From the NCBI RefSeq assembly GCF_001194135.2, contig NC_068984.1:86979241-87043240 (forward strand): DNA of 64,000 bases, given 5' to 3'. The notes under the pieces are model-generated. The model did not search any database. It was not told the DNA's origin and saw nothing but the letters and a program-made list of their open reading frames with translations. Positions 28,201 to 37,521 of the stretch are shown piece after piece. This DNA is from Octopus bimaculoides (Eukaryota). The translations under genes and the position numbers were made by a program. The stretch's first letter is position 1, and every line of letters starts with the position of its first letter.

Positions 28201-31200
28201 AGCAATCAGCAGAAGGGTCTCATACAAGTGGTCCTTTTGTTCATGAGTCTTATCTCATTTTTGTACTGAACAAACTAGTCTAAGCTTCATTATTGTATCA
28301 TACAGTCTAATAATTTCAATTGCCATAGGTTCTATTTTCTGAAAACAATGTCTATTTTGTCTACCCCATCATTGTTACCCACCAAGACGAATTTGTACCT
28401 TTGTTTCTTGCCTGCAAGGAATTTGGATGAGGCTCCTTTCCATCTTACTTCTTGCACATAGCACATATCTTCTCACCTACCTTTCTTTGAACTCACCCTA
28501 GTGAGAACAGGATTTTAAGTGTTTCACCCAGGGCCATTGTTTTCTAGCTGGGTTACTTACAGGGATTAATACAGTAGATATTAATATCTATGAGTTACAG
28601 TTTTCTTTTCATCTACTCCACTGAAAATACTGTAGCAATACAGGTGAAGAGCACTACTTAAAACACCTAGAGAAAGTCACTTACTATCACTGTTACTACT
28701 ACAATTGGTAGACTGCTACCACCATCACTATGCTAGTAAAAAACTCATTAGAAATTTAAAAGGTTCATTGCACAGCCAGCAAGCTTTGCTGCATCCCAAA
28801 CTGCAGCTGGTTGTTCCCTTGTCAAGAGAGGATACAGTAACTTTGCAGAATTCTCCTACTTACCCATTATTCTTTAACCAAGATGGCTCTGTTAGCAGAA
28901 CTCCTACCGAACAAGATTCCACCTTTATTTCTAAACTAAAGGTTATAATACTCTTGTCTACTATGTCACTGAAGTATGTTTAGAAATAAAGTTGGTGAGA
29001 TATAATCCAGAAATATGCTTCAGTGACATAGTAGACAAGAGTATTATAACCTGATGGTAATCAGAGATTAAACTGATAGAAACATAGTGTGTGTGTGTGT
29101 AAATACATAAAGAGAAAGAGTTGTTTCATCTTTTAGGCTCCAAAAATTGTGATCTTATTAAAAATGACTCTTCTCAAATATTTTGACAATTAACCAGTAA
29201 AGTATTAGTAACTTGAAAACATAACATACCTGTAGACAGTTCCCAACATAATATGATGGAAAGAATCAATTTTCATTAAGAGACCCTGAAAATTAAAATG
29301 TGGAAATATTATTATCATTCATCTTAATATTATCCTTATCCTTATATAATCTTCATCTTTTACTTGTTTGTCATTAGACTGCGGCCATGTTGGGGCACTG
29401 CTTTGAAGAACTTTTAGTCAAATGAATTGACTCCAGAACTTCATTTTTTTTTAACGAACCAACTACAGTACTTATCCTATCGGTTTCTTTTGCTGAACAG
29501 CTAAGTTATGAAGACATAAACACACCAACACCAGTTGTCAAGTTGTTTTGGGAGACAAACACAGACACAAGGTCACACACACACACACACACACACATAC
29601 ACACACACATATACGATGGGCTTCTTTCAGTATCTATCCACCAAATCCACTCACAAAGCCTTGGTCAACCTGAAGCTATAGTAGAAGATACTTGTTCAAG
29701 GTTTCATGCAGTGAGACTGAACTTGGAGCCATGTGGTTGGAAATCAAGATTCTTACCATACAGCTATGCTTTCACTTTTTTTATATCTCTGTCTTTTTTT
29801 TATATCTTTTTTTTTTTCTGAATCTGTTATCACTTCTAATCAGTGTTTTTAGCTATATACCTTACCTAATGCAATCAGTTGATATGTATTATTGAAAAAT
29901 GAGTGAAATGGATAAGAAAATATCATTGAATGGTGGTAATTATAGTAGATATAAAATCAAAGTTCACTGAAGAAAGCTGAAATTAAGAGCCAATCAGCTA
30001 AAATTCCATTATAACTTTTGGTACTAAAATTAGTAAATAAAATAACTGATGTAATCACTATGTTACATAGAATAATGTGTCACCTGAAAAATCTGATATT
30101 AGGCAAGACTAATAATATATGATATTCTACTACTAAAATCTAAATACTATAAACATTAAATAGAAGAGTAGCACTTACTTTTCGGACATCATAGTGAAGT
30201 CCACGGACAGCAAAGTTAGGATCATATTTCATTTCACGCAGGCCCTCAGGATACTGTAAAACATGAAAATTATTTTTCACATTAGTGTGATAAATTGAAT
30301 AAGCATGATATGTATGCATTTTATTCTTGGTAAGTAAATATATTGTACTTAGACATGGATAATGCAAATGTTAGGTAATGGATTTTATGAATTTTACTGA
30401 ACTGATCATATAACTGAACAGAAATAATTGGTGCTAACAAAAAGGAAATTATTGGTGAATAACAAAAAATTTTCAATAGCAACTTTCAGTGTCCATAAAA
30501 TAAAATATCAGGCGTGAAAATAGAGCAAAATGATCATCTGTGAAAGAATTCACAAAGGAATAATTTATAATATACATCATCATCGTCCTCATTATCGTCA
30601 AAACACAATTCAAATATTTATTAAGTACTTTTCTAATATGAAACAACATTCTTGTTTTCACAGTAATTGACTATTTAGTTTTGATAGGAAATTGATAATG
30701 TGATTAGACATATTAGTTCTCTTCGAGTTATTTCATTTGATAAATTAAATATTTAGTAATGAAGGAAGAACTCATACAATGCATGTGAGTTAATGTTAAG
30801 AAATAAAAAGAAAAAGAAAAGAAATATTCTACAGAGCCAAAGGAAATTATAAATACATCCCATGAAACTCTTATCTGTCTCTCATAGTCACCTTCTACCT
30901 TGACTTCACATCTCTCTCCCTCTCTTTCTCTCTCTCTCTGTCTCTCCCCCTCTCTCTTTCCAGGTGGGCAAATCATGTACACACCTCGTCAGCAAGACAT
31001 CTGCTCCTGTTCCTGTCCCTGTTTCTTATCCCATAATTCTATTCCCGAATCAGTTGAAGAGTTTTGTCTTGCAAGTACTTGGTGACCTCACCAGGGCTGG
31101 CACCACATGAAAAAGCACCCTGTACACTCTGTGAAGTGACTGGTATAAGGTAGGACGCCCAGCTGTAGAAACCATGCTAAGGCAGACATAAGAACTTAAC

Positions 31201-34200
31201 ACAGCCCACTGGCTCATTTGTTCAAGTCGAACCATCCAACCTATGCCAGCATGGAAAAAGGGACATTCAATGATAATGATGATACAGGCAGGTGTGAATG
31301 ACATGAATCACTGTTGATTAGTGAAATATATAAAGTGTATATTACCTTACTATTATAGACCAATGAATCTCTGCCCAAATCATAGATGAGATCATGTAAT
31401 TCTGGTGTGTAAGATGCCAATGTATAGTCATAGTCAAATCCATAAACTTCAATTTCCTGAAGCTGTACTTCATTATTGGCAAAAATTGCTTTTCTGTTGA
31501 CATTAGCAGGAAGATCATAATCTGAAATAATAACAGAAATTAAACAGAAAAAAAGGAAAAAAACCAAAACAATAAAATTTAATCTAACTAATATTCCTCT
31601 TTGAAAGTGTTGACATTTATTCCACACATACATTTTGAGAAACATTGAAGAACAGTGGCTCCTTCAAGCTCAATTTTTTACTGAACTTTATAGTTACTGA
31701 AGAGAAAGAAGCTATTTTCAAAAGCTACACCAATGATGCTAAGATATCAAAGGCATTAAAATGGTCTGAAGATATTAAAAGCCTACAGAAGAACTTTAGT
31801 CATCATTATATAGCATCTGTTTTCCATACTGGCATTGTCTGGCTGGAACTGGTAAGCTGGAGAGCTGCACCAGGCTCCAGTAAAAGGCACTCGTGCCAGT
31901 TACATGTAAAGGGCACCTGGTACATACTGTGAAGTGGTTAGTGTTAGGAAGGGCATTGAGCTGTAGAAAACAAGCCAATTTCAGTGCTGTTTAGATATGA
32001 ATTGAATAAAATAGTATAAAATTCAATGCAGGGAAGCTTCAAGTCCTGCAATATTGTACAAACAAGGATACAGGGAGAAAGGAAATTGTTATACTAGTCA
32101 GGATCTATATAGTATCTTGAAACTATACTGAATAGTAGTACCTTGTTCTACATGCAGAAGACTGGAAGCATGGAACTTAAGGAAATTTAAACTGATCCAG
32201 TATTAGAACCTGGTTCAGGAATTCCAAGGTTTTGAAGAGTGTGGAACCACCTCTTAGCCACTATTGCTCCCAATCCTATTTGTTTCCACTAAATAATCGG
32301 GACGTCTTGTCCTGATTATTTAGTAGATATTTGTTCTTAATTATTTAACTAACAGCTTAGGTTAAGTGCTTGCACAAAACTGTTTTGGTTCCATGAATCA
32401 AATGAATTATTAGATGTGATAAACAACTGAGATTATATTCACTGAAATGAGGAGAGTGATATACAGTCAATCATGCCTAGAAAGTCCAGAAGAGACTGGT
32501 ACTAAAATTTGGACAACACCAGTACAGTACTCACCTATGAAGCTCTCTGTTATGAGTTTTACACTCTTTTGTATATGAATGACCTGCTTAGTGTAACTTT
32601 AACAACATGTACTCCTCTGCAGAAAATACTACTCTTCACTAACAGATGTCATCTACACACAAACAAGATAACTCTGTACTGACTTTATGAGGATTTACTT
32701 AATGATGATGATGATGGCAGTTTCTTCATGTCTGAAGACCATGAGGAAGAGCAGCAGACCCTCACATGTCTTTGTAAGGTCATCAACACAGAGAAGCTCC
32801 CAGGGGCATCCTGTCTTGAATTCCTCTGTTATTGCCTGGAGGACTATGATGAATAAGAGGGGACTGAGGACTGATCCTTGGTGGACCCTACCTCTACTTG
32901 TTGCCAACCCTCACCTTACTGACAGCATCCTACACATAGCTTGTACAGTTCTCACTAACCACTCATCTATCCCTAATTTCTGCATTGACCACCAGATAAG
33001 GGATCGGGAGACTCTATCAAAGGCTTTCTCTATGTCAACGAAAGCCAGGTACAGAGGTTTATCTTTAGCTAGGTATTTCTCCTGCAGCTGTCTTACCAAA
33101 AATATAGCATCAGTGGTGCTTTTCCCTGGCACAAACCCAAACTGCATCTCATCTAAACTGACTCTCTCCCTAATTAGTTGGGCTATGACCCTCTCCGTGA
33201 CTTTTATTACCTGATCCAACAATTTGATACCTATGTAATTATTTGTATCTAATGCATCACCTTTACCAGTGTAGCAGTTGACCATGTTGCTGCTACACCA
33301 GTCATTGGGTATGACTCTTTCATGTATCACCTGATTGACTATACGGGTGACTAGACTATAGCCGACAGCTCCAGGGGGCTTTCCCTGTCTTCATACCCTT
33401 AATTGCTTTATCTATCAAGGTACTGTCAATTTGGATAGCTGGTCCCTCTGTTGGGTCAACATTCAGCAGACACTCTTTCTTCCATTCATTCTCTTCATTT
33501 AGAAAACTTTCAAAGTGGCGTCTCCAAGTCTCTCTCTTTGCAGCCTCATTAAATGCAAGTGAGCCCTCATCCATGCGGACACATTTCTCTCCTATGACAT
33601 CACGATTCTCTCTTACACACTGTCTTGCAACACAAAACACTTCAAGTCTTTGGTCCTCACAATGCAAAACATTGGCAAATTTTTTCTTATCTGCTTCCCC
33701 TCTGGCTAAATAAACTTGTCTCCTAGCTTCCTTTCTGGCAGTCTGATACATGTGATAGAATTGGGTATTTGAATTCTTAACTAGAGCTATAACCAGCAGT
33801 TTTCGGTCAACCAAACTGTGACAAAATTAGATAAATGAATGAATAAATGAGAATAATAAATGAGTGTGAAAGAGAGGGAGAAAGAGGGAGAGTTGGATTA
33901 AGCAAAGGAATCTTAAGTTTTTTCTCTAAACATACGGCATGGAAGACAAAACTGTATTTACATAGGTAGATAATGAAATAGATAGATAATGAAATGAAAT
34001 AATAAAGTAATTATAATCTGCACTGAAAAAGAGGTTTTAGATGTGTGCTAGGTTGGAAAGCAAAGTTGCTTATCTAAACATCTTCTGGTTTCTACTCCAT
34101 GTGGTGAGGTATTAAAATATGAGGTAGGGGAATCTGAAAGAGCTAGTTTATATAGGGTGGGGTGGGAGGAGTGGAGGTAAAGTGTTGGGAAAAGCAAGTG

Positions 34201-34788
34201 GTTAACGAAACTGAGAGAGAGGAAGAGAGAGAGAGAGAGAGAGAGAGACCAGAATTAAGCTAGTCAAAGACAGAGCATGAGGAGACGGAATTTTGGGATT
34301 TAGGGCAACATAATTGAACAAATGGGTTTAACATTGCCAGAGTAAAAGAATAGTAATTCTGATAATGAGATAGAATTGGGCAACGCAAAGCAGCAAAAAC
34401 TCAGGCTGCCGGTGTGAGAAAATATTAATGATAATAATGAGATATAATGTTCAAGCAAGTCCAGCCTTCCTTATTTATGGAGTGTGTCCATTTCTTTTAT
34501 TGTATTTAAATACATTTAATTCAAAATAAGGAAGTGCCAAAGGGAAATACCAGATAAATGAGTGTGTGTGGGTGTGTACACAAATTACTGCAAACTTACT
34601 TTTCCATTGCTTTCATATTTGGAGCATTAATCCGTTGCAAAGTGGACTGCATATCAGACACACCTTTGTTTAAGGCATCTCGAGCCTTGCTATAGTAGAA
34701 GGCAATTGCCTAAGGTGCCATGCAGCGGGACTAAACCCAGAACCATGTGGCTGGGAAGCAAGCTTCTTACCACACAGCCACTTCTACG

Positions 34789-34824
<36 letters not shown>

Positions 34825-37481
34825 NNNNNNNNNNNNNNNNNNNNNNNNNNNNNNNNNNNNNNNNNNNNNNNNNNNNNNNNNNNNNNNNNNNNNNNNNNNN
34901 NNNNNNNNNNNNNNNNNNNNNNNNNNNNNNNNNNNNNNNNNNNNNNNNNNNNNNNNNNNNNNNNNNNNNNNNNNNNNNNNNNNNNNNNNNNNNNNNNNNN
35001 NNNNNNNNNNNNNNNNNNNNNNNNNNNNNNNNNNNNNNNNNNNNNNNNNNNNNNNNNNNNNNNNNNNNNNNNNNNNNNNNNNNNNNNNNNNNNNNNNNNN
35101 NNNNNNNNNNNNNNNNNNNNNNNNNNNNNNNNNNNNNNNNNNNNNNNNNNNNNNNNNNNNNNNNNNNNNNNNNNNNNNNNNNNNNNNNNNNNNNNNNNNN
35201 NNNNNNNNNNNNNNNNNNNNNNNNNNNNNNNNNNNNNNNNNNNNNNNNNNNNNNNNNNNNNNNNNNNNNNNNNNNNNNNNNNNNNNNNNNNNNNNNNNNN
35301 NNNNNNNNNNNNNNNNNNNNNNNNNNNNNNNNNNNNNNNNNNNNNNNNNNNNNNNNNNNNNNNNNNNNNNNNNNNNNNNNNNNNNNNNNNNNNNNNNNNN
35401 NNNNNNNNNNNNNNNNNNNNNNNNNNNNNNNNNNNNNNNNNNNNNNNNNNNNNNNNNNNNNNNNNNNNNNNNNNNNNNNNNNNNNNNNNNNNNNNNNNNN
35501 NNNNNNNNNNNNNNNNNNNNNNNNNNNNNNNNNNNNNNNNNNNNNNNNNNNNNNNNNNNNNNNNNNNNNNNNNNNNNNNNNNNNNNNNNNNNNNNNNNNN
35601 NNNNNNTATGTATGTATGTATATATGTATGCATGTATGTATGTATGTATGTATGTATGTATGTATGTATGTATGTATGTATGGATGTATGTATGCATGTA
35701 TGTATGCATGTATGCATGCATGCATGCATGTATGTATGTATTAAAGAAAGCAAAATTTTTTTTTAAATGATAAAAGCAAAAGGCTAAATGGATGTGTATG
35801 TGTAAAAGAATTCAGTACTCAGTATTTTGGCTACAATGGTTAAAGGTTAAAAGTTCAATTATTTTTGATAGTGGTTTGGTTGAGGTCTTTGTATTTATGT
35901 GTATGTTTGTATGTATATATATATATTTTATTTTGTAGGGAATTGTATAAATGCACACATGTGTACACGTGTATGTGTGTGTGTGTGTATAGTAGGAGAG
36001 AGAAAGTTGGGGGAGGTGAGATAAAATTTCTTGTCTCTTGTTCAAAATGGCACCCATTCAGGTTTTGGACAAGCACAAACACACACACACAAGGGGCTAT
36101 AGTAGGAGACATTTGGTGTCACACAGCGGTGCTAAATCCTAAAACATATAGCTAAGGAACAAAGTTCTTGCCACACAGACAGGACTGTGTCTTACAACAG
36201 AGCTTATTGAAAAAAAAAAAAAATCAGTGAGTATATAACCAGCTTCCAAAAAATTCTAATTAACAATTATTATTAATTTGCATTTTATGCATATCTCTTT
36301 TAGCACAACATGCAATGAATAAAAGTTTCTTTGAGATTTTGTTAAATTTCTTTACAATTTTTGCCAGAATATTTTTAAAAGGCATAATTTAGATGTAGTT
36401 TAAATTTATAGTTTAACAACACCCAACTCGATTTTGGTGAGAAACAATGTTTTTTCCTTGTGCTATCAACTAATCTCATCTCCTAATATACTGCAAAGAC
36501 CTTTTTCCACCAAAATCAGAGTGGGATGGGCCCTCAGAATCCTCCTCTAACCATGGAGTTTTTTTTTTACATTTGCTGTCAGCTAATCTTGGCACCTAGT
36601 ATACTGCAAAGGACCTTTTTCCCCTTTGCAGCATATTAGGAGATCAAAATAGTGTCTATTTTTTATGCCTAATAACTGCTATTTCTAACATATTAAACAA
36701 CCACATTAAGGACCAGCTACCTTTGCATTTATTTAAAAGAGAGAGAAAATTGCTTTACACAACAAATTCCGATATAATCATAATCTATACCATCTGAGAC
36801 GTATATAGGTAGAAAATTTTATTAACAAATTATCCATGTTTCAGAAAGTTCCCACACACATATATATATACATATATACATACACATATAAATATGTACA
36901 TAATATGTGTATGTATAAAGCACCCACTACACTCTCGGAGTGGTTGGCGTTAGGAAGGGTATCCAGCTGTAGAAACTCTGCCAGATCAGATTGGAGCCTG
37001 GTGTAGCCACCTGGTCCACCAGTCCTCAGTCAAATCGTCCAACCCATGCTAGCATGGAAAGCGGACGTTAAACGATGATGATGATGATGATATATATATA
37101 TATGCATATCATCATCATCATTATTTAACGTCCGTTTTCAATGCTGGCATGGTTTGGATGGTTTGACAGAGGCCAACATGCCAGGGGCTACGTCTGGCAC
37201 CCATTTGGTTTGGCATGGTTTTATGGCTGGATGCTCTTCCTACCATCACCACTTTACAGCTTGGACCTAGTGTTTTTCATGGCATTGCACGGGAGCATGG
37301 TTTTAACGGCTGGATTTCCTTCCTAATGCCAGGCTTTTACATGGCATCACACAGTAGCATAGTTTCAATGGTTGGATACCCTTCCTAACACCACCACTTT
37401 ACAGCATGGGGTGGTTACTTTTACACGACACCAACGCGGTACCATATGTATATATACATATATATGTATGTATGTATTATA

Positions 37482-37521
<40 letters not shown>

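Noticed and set aside
34690-35770. Long ORFs of 300-350 aa in the ORF track (also 5785-6174, 37796-38135, 44692-45074, 60370-61017)
   Set aside because: Made of N runs and microsatellite translation; not coding.
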